NCBI GenBank assembly: GCA_004297735.1
Contig: SCTI01000001.1
Location: 1-49,466 of the forward strand
Source: Patescibacteria group bacterium
GTDB lineage: Bacteria > Patescibacteriota > Saccharimonadia > UBA4664 > SCTI01
Length of the DNA: 49,466 nt
Reading direction: 5' to 3'
Below, in pieces: positions 1 to 7,958 of this stretch. Within the stretch, counting starts at the first letter, position 1. Each line of letters opens with the position of its first letter. Under the pieces are notes generated by a model that was not told the origin of the DNA, did not search any database, and saw nothing but the letters and a program-made list of their open reading frames with translations. A program made the translations under genes and the position numbers.

Positions 1-59
1 CGGCGCAACCTAAAGATAAAAAGCCGGGCAAAAAGTCGGCGGTTCCAAGCATCGGCAAG

Positions 60-1208
60 ATGCAAAAACGAGCGCTATGGGCCGGAGCGGCGGTAGCTAT
101 ATTGCTGCTAATCGTTGGTCTTAACTTTTACTTTACCCGTGCTACTGTGACCCTGTTTGCTAAGGGCGCACAAGTTAACTCTAGTTTTGATTTTACGGCC
201 GATCCATCGGCCCGCCAGTCGGATATTGGTTCGGCGACCTTGGCTGCTACCGAACTGTCGCTCAATAAAACCTTAAACGCTAGCGTTCAGGCCACCGGCA
301 CCAAAGATCTGGGCACCAAAGCCAGCGGCACCATAACGGTTTACAACGAGTATGACTCCAATGATCAGGCCCTGGTGGCTGGCACCCGTTTTGTGACTTC
401 GGATGGTAAGGTGTTCCGTTCGACCGCTGATGCCACCGTCCCAGGTGGGTCGGTTAGCGGCGGCAAGATTGTGGCCGGCAAAACCACGGTTTCGGTGCAG
501 GCCGATCAAAATGGCGACCAATACAACGTTGGTCCAACCCGGTATTCGATTCCGGGGCTGTCGGCAGCGCAGCAGTCGGGTATTTACGGTCAGGGTCAAC
601 AGATGCAAGGTGGTTCGTCTAAGACCGCCAAGGTAATTACGCAAGCAGATATTGACCGAGCTCAGCAGGCCGCGGTAGAGGCCGATAAAGCGGAGGCCCA
701 GAAGGATCTTAAGGATAAGGCCGGCAAGAGTCAGGTTGTACTCGAGCCATCCTTGCAGCAAAAGGTAACTAAATCTAACCCCAGCCCGGCTGCCGGCTCT
801 GAGGCGAGCAGTGGGACCGTTGCGATTAGCGTTGAGTACACCCAGCTGGCGGTTAAGCAGTCGGAGCTATCGGAGCTGGCTAAAAGCAAGGAACAGGAGC
901 AGATTGGTCAGGATAAAGAGATATACGATGATGGCAGCGGCAACTTACAGTTAAAGACGATGGGTGCAGCGACCGGTAGCGGGGCGCAGAAGTTCCGTGC
1001 TAACGCCACCGCTTTTGCCGGTACCAAGATTGATAAAGATGCTCTCGTCAAGGACATCAAGGGTAAGAAGATAGGCGAGGCTACCGAGATTGCACAGCGT
1101 TTGCAAGACGTAGAGAAGGCGGAAATTAAGGTGACGCCAACTTGGGCGACCAGCTTACCGCTGATGACCAGTCACATCAAGGTTGAAGTTAAGGTCTCAA
1201 ACCAATAG
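60..1208 (+). CDS. membrane-anchored hypothetical protein (one N-terminal TM helix, large Gly/Thr/Gln/Lys-rich outer domain)
   Basis: 382-aa ORF with the hydrophobic helix ALWAGAAVAILLLIVGLNFYF near the N-terminus. The same frame stays open back to base 3, so the true start may lie upstream of the window. The stop is 3 nt before the ruvX start. Confidence 0.6.
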   Translation: MQKRALWAGAAVAILLLIVGLNFYFTRATVTLFAKGAQVNSSFDFTADPSARQSDIGSATLAATELSLNKTLNASVQATGTKDLGTKASGTITVYNEYDSNDQALVAGTRFVTSDGKVFRSTADATVPGGSVSGGKIVAGKTTVSVQADQNGDQYNVGPTRYSIPGLSAAQQSGIYGQGQQMQGGSSKTAKVITQADIDRAQQAAVEADKAEAQKDLKDKAGKSQVVLEPSLQQKVTKSNPSPAAGSEASSGTVAISVEYTQLAVKQSELSELAKSKEQEQIGQDKEIYDDGSGNLQLKTMGAATGSGAQKFRANATAFAGTKIDKDALVKDIKGKKIGEATEIAQRLQDVEKAEIKVTPTWATSLPLMTSHIKVEVKVSNQ

Positions 1209-1211
1209 CCG

Positions 1212-1616
1212 ATGGTGGTTTTAGCAATTGATTATGGGGAAAAGCGAGTTGGCTTAGCGATTGCTGGGGGTGAAAGTGCCCGGCCGCATCGACTTAAGGT
1301 TGTTGCCAACACCCCAAACTTAATTGCCGATTTGGGCGAGGTAATTGAACGTCAGGAGGTAGGGGAGATTGTGGTTGGTTTGCCGCGTAATCTGGACGGC
1401 GACGATACCGCTCAGACCGGCAAGGCCAGAGCCTTCAGCCAGCATTTGCAGCAACAGTACCCCGATATCAAGATTATTCTTCAGGATGAGGCCGATACCA
1501 GTAATATTGCGCGTGAGCGTTTGGGCCGAGAGGGTTTGGTTGGCGATGAGCTCAAGCGCTGGCTTGACGCCGAGGCCGCGGTAATTATTTTGGAAGATTA
1601 CCTTGCAGAACACTAA
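1212..1616 (+). CDS. ruvX: YqgF/RuvX-family putative pre-16S rRNA nuclease / Holliday junction resolvase-like protein
   Basis: 134 aa. The N-terminus VLAIDYGEKRVGLAIAG is the typical YqgF signature. The size is right, and the gene overlaps the mltG start as in many bacteria. Confidence 0.9.
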   Translation: MVVLAIDYGEKRVGLAIAGGESARPHRLKVVANTPNLIADLGEVIERQEVGEIVVGLPRNLDGDDTAQTGKARAFSQHLQQQYPDIKIILQDEADTSNIARERLGREGLVGDELKRWLDAEAAVIILEDYLAEH

Positions 1617-2664
1617 TCCAGTATCACCCGTATTTGAGGCCGATCAGCCGCCGGCGCCAAAGCGGCGCTGGCTTGTGGTGTTGGTAGTGGTAGTTGGTGT
1701 GGTGTTAGGGTTGGCTTTTACCGTATTGGCGTGGTACTGGTGGGCGCTTCAGCCGGCCAACGTCTCGTCCAGTCAGTCGGTTCTAATCGATTACGGTAGC
1801 GGTGAGTCGACCGAGGCACTAGCGGCGGAACTAGAGCGAAAGCATTTAATTCGAAGCCAACTCGCTTTTAGCGTGTACGCTACCTTGACCGGTAAGCGGC
1901 GAATGCTTCAAGCTGGTAACTATGAGATCCAATCGGCCCGCAGTACTCCAGAAATTATTACCATGATTGCTGATGGCAAAATTGCTTCCAATCAACTATT
2001 GATTACCGAAGGCTCAACCATTTTTACACTCAAGGAGCGCTTAAAGCAGCTCGGCGTTGATTCGGCTGAGGTTGAACAGGCGTTACTAGCCACGTACAAC
2101 GCGCCTACGGCCAATCAGCGCCCGTCCGGGAGCTCGCTTGAAGGATATTTGTTCCCGGACACCTATACCCTTCAGAAGCCGTATAATGCTCAATCGATTG
2201 TGCAACAGGTTCTAGATAACTTTGAGCAACAGCTAGCCAACACCGACTATCCTAAAAAATGGGAGATTCAAGGGCTTTCGGTGCATCAGGCGCTAACGCT
2301 GGCTTCAATCGTTGAGCGTGAGGTTAAGACCGATCAGGATAGAGCGATGGTGGCGCAGCTCTACTTAAATCGGTTGAGTCGTGGCATGATGCTGCAGGCC
2401 GACCCAACCGCTATCTATGCTACCGAGCTGGTCGGTAAACCGACGAGCCCAATTGACCTTAAGATTAATTCTCCCTATAACACCTATCTAAATAAAGGTC
2501 TTCCACCTGGGCCAATTGGCAATCCAGGATTGAGTTCAATGAGAGCGGTAGCCAACCCAACTCCAAATAATTACCTCTACTTTATATCCGATAAGGAGGG
2601 CGTTACTCATTTTGCTGTCACTTACGAAGAGCATCAAAAGAATATTGACCGCTACTTAAAGTAA
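1603..2664 (+). CDS. mltG: endolytic murein transglycosylase MltG (YceG-like)
   Basis: 353 aa with an N-terminal TM helix. YceG motifs are present: EGYLFPDTY, LASIVEREV, ADPT and NTYLNKGLPPGPIGNPG. Confidence 0.9.
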   Translation: MQNTNPVSPVFEADQPPAPKRRWLVVLVVVVGVVLGLAFTVLAWYWWALQPANVSSSQSVLIDYGSGESTEALAAELERKHLIRSQLAFSVYATLTGKRRMLQAGNYEIQSARSTPEIITMIADGKIASNQLLITEGSTIFTLKERLKQLGVDSAEVEQALLATYNAPTANQRPSGSSLEGYLFPDTYTLQKPYNAQSIVQQVLDNFEQQLANTDYPKKWEIQGLSVHQALTLASIVEREVKTDQDRAMVAQLYLNRLSRGMMLQADPTAIYATELVGKPTSPIDLKINSPYNTYLNKGLPPGPIGNPGLSSMRAVANPTPNNYLYFISDKEGVTHFAVTYEEHQKNIDRYLK

Positions 2665-2715
2665 GAGCATAATCTATTCCGGTTATGTATGGGGGCGTAG
2701 CCTGGCCTTATTCTT

Positions 2716-2946
2716 GTGCGTAACCAAAATACAACCCAGAGTCACCTGGAGGTGATTGCTTTCGATAAGCAGATTGAGGCAGGTTCTAGGGGCGGAGATA
2801 AGCTGTGTATCTGCCCAGCTTGCGCCTGTGAGACCCAGGAGGAGTGCCTAGACCCGCGTAATGAGTGCTGTCATCACGCCGAGTGCTGTGCAGACCCCGG
2901 TGCCCTCAAGGCAGATGTACATCAGCGTGAGTTGGTGTTGACGTGA
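2716..2946 (+). CDS. possible small Cys-rich protein (9 Cys and 2 His within about 30 residues)
   Basis: 76-aa ORF starting at GTG with no clear SD. The core is CICPACACETQEECLDPRNECCHHAECC. It lies between mltG and a strong terminator. Coding status is uncertain. Confidence 0.3.
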   Translation: MRNQNTTQSHLEVIAFDKQIEAGSRGGDKLCICPACACETQEECLDPRNECCHHAECCADPGALKADVHQRELVLT

Positions 2947-2961
2947 GGGTTATAGAAAAAT

Positions 2962-3001
2962 GGGTGAGATGGCAGAAAGTCCGCTATCTCACCCTGGTTT
3001 T
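2962..3001 (+). terminator. rho-independent terminator
   Basis: 9-bp stem GGGTGAGAT / ATCTCACCC (2962-2970 / 2986-2994) followed by TGGTTTT. Confidence 0.75.
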
Positions 3002-3109
3002 AACCATAAGCTTTTATAATTAAGACATATTTTGTCAAAAAAGTCACTTTTTGGCAGAATTATAGTAAAAAATAGCAGTTTATGCCTTAATAAAGCCAAA
3101 AAAGCCGTA

Positions 3110-3138
3110 TTGACACTACTGGAGTGGGCTGATAGTAT
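3110..3138 (+). promoter_or_regulatory. sigma70-type promoter (TTGACA-17-TAGTAT)
   Basis: TTGACA at 3110-3115, a 17-nt spacer, then TAGTAT at 3133-3138. An AT-rich tract lies upstream. Confidence 0.6.
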
Positions 3139-3340
3139 TCGGAATGTACATTGATAAGCGTAAGCGTATTTGCCGATCGGCCTCGAAAGGGCATCAGATT
3201 GGTTCGTTTGCGGTTGTCAATTGCCTGTCAGAAGTGTCGTACGGATCACCACTAAGGTCGAGGTGATTCTGCCCAAAGCGAAAGCAAAGGGGAAAGACAT
3301 GGTACGACAGAGCCCACGTTAAGCTCTGCTAAAGCAGAGT
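3139..3340 (+). promoter_or_regulatory. long structured 5' leader, candidate riboswitch or attenuator controlling the LysM-CHAP hydrolase gene
   Basis: About 200 nt lie between the promoter and the ORF. A three-way junction is closed by GTCGTAC (3236-3242) / GTACGAC (3302-3308). Its arms are ATCACC/GGTGAT (3245-3250 / 3262-3267) and CCC-AAA-GC-GAAA-GC-AAA-GGG (3272-3291). Two mutually exclusive hairpins follow: AGAGC/GCTCT (3309-3313 / 3323-3327) and CTCTGC/GCAGAG (3324-3329 / 3334-3339), directly before the start. Confidence 0.5.
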
Positions 3341-4561
3341 GTGGGGTGGAGAAAAGTCATTAGTAGAGAAGTTAGTGGCTCGCTGCCTGCTATAGGCATT
3401 GGGCTATCCAACATCCAAGACGCTTCCAAACTAAAACTTCCAAACACAACTCAACAAAATACTCAAACCATACCGGTACCGGCACAGGGGCTAACCCCAG
3501 TCGGTCAGGTAGTTCAAAAGGCTGGTATTGTAGCCACTCACAGCGCTTTTCCGCGTTTTGCCACCCATTTAGCCGCCGTGGCTTTGGTTGGCGCAGTGGT
3601 TCTAGCCGGCTCAACAACTCACTCCGCCCGTCTTAACCCACTTGCAAACCAAGTTGGGTTTGGTTCAACCATCGATAAGGCCGCCGAAATGGAAGTGGCC
3701 GCTGCGGTTGCTTCGCAGACCGACTTACTGGTTGAATCTGACATTTCAAGTAACGCTAAGACTCTGAACTCTCAGGTTGGCTTGCCAACCTCCGGAGATG
3801 CTACTTTGGCACAGCGCCAGGTGGTTGACACCAGTGGTTCATCGGCTCGTGGCGTAACCAGCTACACCGTTCAGCAGGGTGATACCCTGGCCAGTGTGGC
3901 GGCTAACTTTAACATCACCACCGATACTATTCGCTGGGCCAACGGTAACATGGCGCCTACGGCCGAGCTGAAGCCAGGCCAGAACCTGGTCATCCTGCCG
4001 ATTTCGGGATTACAGCACCAGGTTAAGGATGGTGAAACCGCCCAGAGTTTGGCCGATCACTACAGCTCAAACGCAGAGCAGATCATTGCCTTTAACAACG
4101 CTGAGGTGGATGGCTTGAAGCCAGGCCAGGTCATTGTGGTACCCGATGGGGTGTTCCCCGAAGCTGCTCCAGTAGCCCGCGCTGCCGCAAACACACCGGC
4201 AGCTACACCGGCGCCAGCTGAATCAAGCGCTCCAGCTAAGGTGAGCTTGGCCCCAGGTAGCCGCAACAACACCTACTCGTACGGTTACTGTACTTGGTAC
4301 GTTGCTAGCAAGCGAGCAGTGCCAGGTGGTTGGGGTAACGCTCGGTCATGGTATGCTAACGCTCAGGCCTCTGGTATTGGCGTCGGTAGCGCACCTCGAC
4401 CGGGAGCAATCGCTTGGACCGGCGCAGGCTACTACGGTCACGTGGCGTACGTAGAGAGCGTCAGTGGAAACATGGTAACGGTGAGTGAGATGAACTATAA
4501 CGGCTGGAACCGCGTTTCAAGCCGAACCGTACCCGCCTCTACCTTCCGTTACATCTACTAA
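3341..4561 (+). CDS. peptidoglycan hydrolase with two LysM domains and a C-terminal CHAP amidase/peptidase domain
   Basis: LysM repeats YTVQQGDTLASVAANFNITTDTIRWAN and HQVKDGETAQSLADHYSSNAEQIIAFNN. An Ala/Pro linker follows. The CHAP-like C-terminus is YGYCTWYVASKR...GHVAYVESV. A TM anchor sits near aa 75-95. The GTG start at 3341 is uncertain and the real start may be further downstream. Confidence 0.85.
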   Translation: MGWRKVISREVSGSLPAIGIGLSNIQDASKLKLPNTTQQNTQTIPVPAQGLTPVGQVVQKAGIVATHSAFPRFATHLAAVALVGAVVLAGSTTHSARLNPLANQVGFGSTIDKAAEMEVAAAVASQTDLLVESDISSNAKTLNSQVGLPTSGDATLAQRQVVDTSGSSARGVTSYTVQQGDTLASVAANFNITTDTIRWANGNMAPTAELKPGQNLVILPISGLQHQVKDGETAQSLADHYSSNAEQIIAFNNAEVDGLKPGQVIVVPDGVFPEAAPVARAAANTPAATPAPAESSAPAKVSLAPGSRNNTYSYGYCTWYVASKRAVPGGWGNARSWYANAQASGIGVGSAPRPGAIAWTGAGYYGHVAYVESVSGNMVTVSEMNYNGWNRVSSRTVPASTFRYIY

Positions 4562-4592
4562 TTTTGTTAAACAAAAACTGATAAACACGAAA

Positions 4593-4615
4593 GGCCGCCT
4601 ACCAGGCGGTTTTTC
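4593..4615 (+). terminator. rho-independent terminator
   Basis: Stem CCGCCT / AGGCGG (4595-4600 / 4604-4609) followed by TTTTT. Confidence 0.65.
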
Positions 4616-4633
4616 GCTATAATAAGGAATACT

Positions 4634-5896
4634 ATGTTCGCAGATACCGCTAAAATCATAATCCAGGCTGGCAAGGGTGGCGATGGCCGCCTGAGCTTTC
4701 GTCGCGAAAAATACCGGGCCATGGGTGGTCCGGATGGCGGCGATGGTGGCGATGGCGGCAGCGTTATCTTTGAAGTAAGCCACAACGTCAGCACCCTGTC
4801 GGCTTTTCGGCGCAAGCAGCGGATTGAAGCTGAGGCCGGACAGGTTGGCGGCGACAACCGCAAGCGCGGTAAGGGTGGCGAAGATATGGTGGTACCGGTG
4901 CCAGAGGGAACCCAAGTTTACGATGGCGAGCAGCTGATAGCCGACCTAACCGCGGAGCAGCCACGAGTTGTGATTGCTAAAGGGGGCAAGGGCGGCTACG
5001 GTAACGCCCACTTTGTGTCCTCGGTGCGTCAGGCTCCGCGCATTGCCGAAAAGGGGGAGCCAGGTCATAGCTTTGAAGCTCGGCTTGAGTTAAAGTCGGT
5101 AGCCGATGTCGGCTTGATCGGTCTGCCTAATGCTGGCAAGTCGACCTTGCTATCGGTTACTACCGGCGCCCGTCCAGAAATTGGCAACTACGCCTTTACC
5201 ACGATCACTCCTAACTTAGGAGTAGCCAGCTGGCGCGATAGCTCATTTACCATAGCCGACATTCCCGGCTTGATTGAAGGGGCTCATCAGGGCAAGGGGC
5301 TGGGTGATGAGTTTTTGCGCCATATCGAGCGCACCGCCGTATTGGTGCATTTAATTGATGTCGCTAGCCAGAATGTGGCTCAAGATTATAAGCTCATCCA
5401 GGAGGAACTAGGGCAATACCAGGTTGATTTGAGTGGTAAGCCGCAGTTAGTGGCGCTATCAAAGATTGACACCGTTGCCGATGCAAAGCAGGTAAAGCAA
5501 GCAGAGACAGCCTTAAAGAAGGCCGGCGTAAAGCAAGTTTTCCAGATATCTTCAACCACCCATACCGGCTTAAACGAGCTGCTGGATGCTGTTCTTAAGC
5601 TAGTTGAAGCCGATCGTCAGCGTCGTGATCAGGAGGTGGCCGAAAAGCCCAAGGTAATTATCGATGAAGCTAGCCAGCCCGATTTATGGAGTGTTGAAAA
5701 AGCCGATAATGGCTTTATAGTCCATGGCGAAAAGATTGAACGATTTGCCCGCCGGACCAACTGGGATAGCGATATTGGCGTTGATCGAATTAAGGATATT
5801 TTACGACGCCAAGGCGTGGTTAAGGAGCTACTTAAACAGGGCCTGACTGAAGGCATGGTGATACACATTGCCGATTACCAGCTAACCTGGGAGTAG
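4634..5896 (+). CDS. obg: GTPase Obg/CgtA
   Basis: 420 aa. The N-terminus is the Gly-rich Obg fold (FADTAKIIIQAGKGGDGRLSFRREKY). G1 is GLPNAGKST and G3 is DIPGLIEGA. A C-terminal OCT-like domain is present. Confidence 0.95.
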   Translation: MFADTAKIIIQAGKGGDGRLSFRREKYRAMGGPDGGDGGDGGSVIFEVSHNVSTLSAFRRKQRIEAEAGQVGGDNRKRGKGGEDMVVPVPEGTQVYDGEQLIADLTAEQPRVVIAKGGKGGYGNAHFVSSVRQAPRIAEKGEPGHSFEARLELKSVADVGLIGLPNAGKSTLLSVTTGARPEIGNYAFTTITPNLGVASWRDSSFTIADIPGLIEGAHQGKGLGDEFLRHIERTAVLVHLIDVASQNVAQDYKLIQEELGQYQVDLSGKPQLVALSKIDTVADAKQVKQAETALKKAGVKQVFQISSTTHTGLNELLDAVLKLVEADRQRRDQEVAEKPKVIIDEASQPDLWSVEKADNGFIVHGEKIERFARRTNWDSDIGVDRIKDILRRQGVVKELLKQGLTEGMVIHIADYQLTWE

Positions 5897-5927
5897 CTGC
5901 TCGGTTTTGGTATAATACCTCCGTTAT

Positions 5928-6003
5928 GGGGATATAGCTCAGCTGATAGAGCGCTGCATTCGCATTGCAGAGGCCGGCGGTTTGAATCCGCCTATCTCCA
6001 CCA
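5928..6003 (+). tRNA. tRNA-Ala (anticodon CGC)
   Basis: Hand-folded cloverleaf. Acceptor GGGGATA/TATCTCC with G3:U70 and A73. Anticodon stem CTGCA/TGCAG with loop TTCGCAT. T-loop TTTGAATCC. CCA is encoded. Confidence 0.9.
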
Positions 6004-6096
6004 GGAATTATTTAATCAAACTCTTTTGAGTTTTTGCTTCAGTCGAAATGTGGTAATAATACTGCACAGGTGTGTACCCGACAGAATTGAGAGATA

Positions 6097-6666
6097 ATGG
6101 CTACTCATGAGGCGCGACGTAAGCCGGAGCGTGATGCAAGTGATTTCCAGGGCGAAGGTATGCCTGGGTGGATGCGGGAGCAGCTCCGTCGTGAACGGTT
6201 CCGCCAGAAGTCAAAAAAGAAGCAGGATGCTGGTCCGCCAGTTCCGCCACCAATTGAGGACGCTATTTTGATGGCGGCTTCAGATCTGCGTGACTTTCCA
6301 ATGTACCCAGTGATTGTCGACAGAAGCAGGCACATTGTGGATTTTGACTGGCGTAAGCCTGAGCACTGGGGAGCCACCCATCAGCTTGGCCAGTCTGGAA
6401 TAGCAGCGTACCTGCTGTACTACATGACCACTCTTTCAGACAGGGAGATTGCCGATCTGATTGGCGTAAGTGCGCCAACGGCGCGAAAGCGCCGCGAGAT
6501 GATTGAGTGCGATTTGGCTCGAGAGCTAAAGACCGACGACAAGCGTACTTGGTGGGATTGGGTCGAAGAGTCGATGGAGAAGGCCCAAGAGATTGCCGAG
6601 TGCGCTATCCTGTGGTTGGACGGCGTAGAGTATCCAGCGGATTGGGGTGCCTCGGCTCAAGCATAA
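6097..6666 (+). CDS. hypothetical protein with a C-terminal helix-turn-helix (sigma-70 region 4 / LuxR-like)
   Basis: 189 aa. The HTH-like segment is LSDREIADLIGVSAPTARKRREMIE. The N-terminus is basic and Pro-rich. The DNA is visibly richer in GC than the flanks. Confidence 0.55.
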   Translation: MATHEARRKPERDASDFQGEGMPGWMREQLRRERFRQKSKKKQDAGPPVPPPIEDAILMAASDLRDFPMYPVIVDRSRHIVDFDWRKPEHWGATHQLGQSGIAAYLLYYMTTLSDREIADLIGVSAPTARKRREMIECDLARELKTDDKRTWWDWVEESMEKAQEIAECAILWLDGVEYPADWGASAQA

Positions 6667-6668
6667 AG

Positions 6669-6695
6669 GGTCCCCGGAACAAGTTTCTGGGGACC
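6669..6695 (+). terminator. stem-loop after the HTH gene (no clear U-tract)
   Basis: GGTCCCC (6669-6675) pairs with GGGGACC (6689-6695). Confidence 0.4.
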
Positions 6696-6736
6696 TCAAG
6701 CTACCATGAATTATATGTTCAAACCTCTAAAAAATC

Positions 6737-6765
6737 TTGAAAAAAGGCTAGTAGAGTTGTATTGT
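6737..6765 (+). promoter_or_regulatory. sigma70-type promoter (TTGAAA-17-TATTGT)
   Basis: TTGAAA at 6737-6742, a 17-nt spacer, then TATTGT at 6760-6765. Confidence 0.45.
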
Positions 6766-6816
6766 TAGCCTAGGTAGCAACCATAACCACCATCGTCGTA
6801 CGAAAGGGGTGTGGTC

Positions 6817-7296
6817 ATGGTGCAGAAGCTTAACAACTACGAGGGGCCGCCTGGCTCAATGCAGTGCATGCCGGATCTGCCGGAGTGGGTCAGCAGGGGG
6901 ATGGCCTGCGAGGCTGAGGTGAGAAAGGGGGTGATCACCTGGAAGCCCTGTGGGCGCGGGCACATCCGTGAGGTCACCCGGACCTCAATCGCTCCAGTTA
7001 GCGGGTCGCATGATCACCCTGAAAGGTGTGTCAGGTGCGACATGGACTACGTCGAGATCTTCGACACGCTTGACTGGGACGATGAGTCGAGTCGGGTCAT
7101 TCTCGAACTGGTCTGCAACAACTGCGGCTGGAGTGGCGAAGTACGGCTGACCATAGAACAGGACAGCCGACTGATCGCCATCAACCGCGAGCAGCGCAAT
7201 CAAGTTGCTCTCGACGACTACAACTGCTTTGCTATGTGGGCGCGACGGTTCACTCTGGCGCTGCGGGAGGGTCACGTCAAGCCCGAAGACTTCTAG
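6817..7296 (+). CDS. hypothetical zinc-ribbon protein (two CxxC pairs)
   Basis: The ORF is open from 6811 (GTG). ATG at 6817 sits 7 nt after AAAGGGG. It contains CVRC and CNNC motifs. The region is very GC-rich: a hand count of the line 6841-6900 gives 42 of 60 G+C. A perfect 22-nt palindrome follows. Confidence 0.5.
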   Translation: MVQKLNNYEGPPGSMQCMPDLPEWVSRGMACEAEVRKGVITWKPCGRGHIREVTRTSIAPVSGSHDHPERCVRCDMDYVEIFDTLDWDDESSRVILELVCNNCGWSGEVRLTIEQDSRLIAINREQRNQVALDDYNCFAMWARRFTLALREGHVKPEDF

Positions 7297-7305
7297 CTAC
7301 CTGAT

Positions 7306-7327
7306 GGGGCGGTCATATGACCGCCCC
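7306..7327 (+). terminator. perfect palindromic hairpin terminator
   Basis: GGGGCGGTCATATGACCGCCCC, with a T-run a few nt downstream. Confidence 0.6.
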
Positions 7328-7423
7328 TGGAACGTTTTTATACCTGGGAAACCGGGATTTAATCAAAATTTAATAATCGTTTGTTAGGCTGTTTTTAAAA
7401 CTAACTCAAAAGAAAGAGGGGAT

Positions 7424-7936
7424 ATGAGTAGCAGTCTAAAAGAGTTTGCGAGCAAAGAAGATATTTGTAGACTTCAGAGGGAAGTGGATCGTCTTGACCA
7501 ACGAATTGATATTTCCATGGAGCAGCTCGAGGGTAACATTATCGGCAAAATGTCAGCCATGGAGCACCGAATTATGAAAAGTGTGGATAATAAATTTGAA
7601 GAGTTTACTATACTTTTTATGCAAGAGCTGGATCGTCGATTTGAAGGCTTTGAAGCAAAAATAGATCAAAAAATTAATTTGCGAACCGGGAAGATTGAAG
7701 CTCGATTAGACAAATTCGAGGCCCGTTTTGGCAAACTGGAGTTTCGATTTGATCGGCTGGAAGAGCGCTTTGATAAGCTTGAGGCACGCTTTAATAAACT
7801 TGAACAGCGCTTCAACCAGCTAGAAGCCCGGTTCGATAAACTAGAAGCTCGCTTTGACAAGCTAGAAGCCCGTTTCGATAAAATTGAGGATCTTTTGCTA
7901 AAAGTACTAAGCGGTCAGAGCCAGGCTAAAACCTAA
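7424..7936 (+). CDS. coiled-coil protein built from LEARFDK heptad repeats
   Basis: 170 aa with an SD (AGAGGGG) upstream. The C-terminal half holds nine consecutive 7-aa units (IEARLDK, FEARFGK, LEFRFDR, LEERFDK, LEARFNK, LEQRFNQ, then LEARFDK three times). Confidence 0.7.
   Translation: MSSSLKEFASKEDICRLQREVDRLDQRIDISMEQLEGNIIGKMSAMEHRIMKSVDNKFEEFTILFMQELDRRFEGFEAKIDQKINLRTGKIEARLDKFEARFGKLEFRFDRLEERFDKLEARFNKLEQRFNQLEARFDKLEARFDKLEARFDKIEDLLLKVLSGQSQAKT
7694..7882 (+). repeat. 9 x 21-bp in-frame tandem repeat (heptad repeat coding)
   Basis: The units differ mostly at synonymous or conservative positions, so the periodicity is kept at the protein level. Confidence 0.85.
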
Positions 7937-7958
7937 ACGCTTATGCTACAATGTGGCC

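Noticed and set aside
273-761. Antisense or alternate-frame ORFs lying entirely inside well-supported genes. Examples: 273-761(-), 1320-1613(-), 4517-4915(-), 10336-10617(-), 46334-46924(-), 48441-48800(+), 48535-48852(-).
   Set aside because: They overlap genes with unmistakable family motifs (Obg, LeuRS, UvrB, UvrA and others). They translate to Arg/Ser/Cys/Trp-rich low-complexity sequence and lack start signals. They are shadow ORFs.
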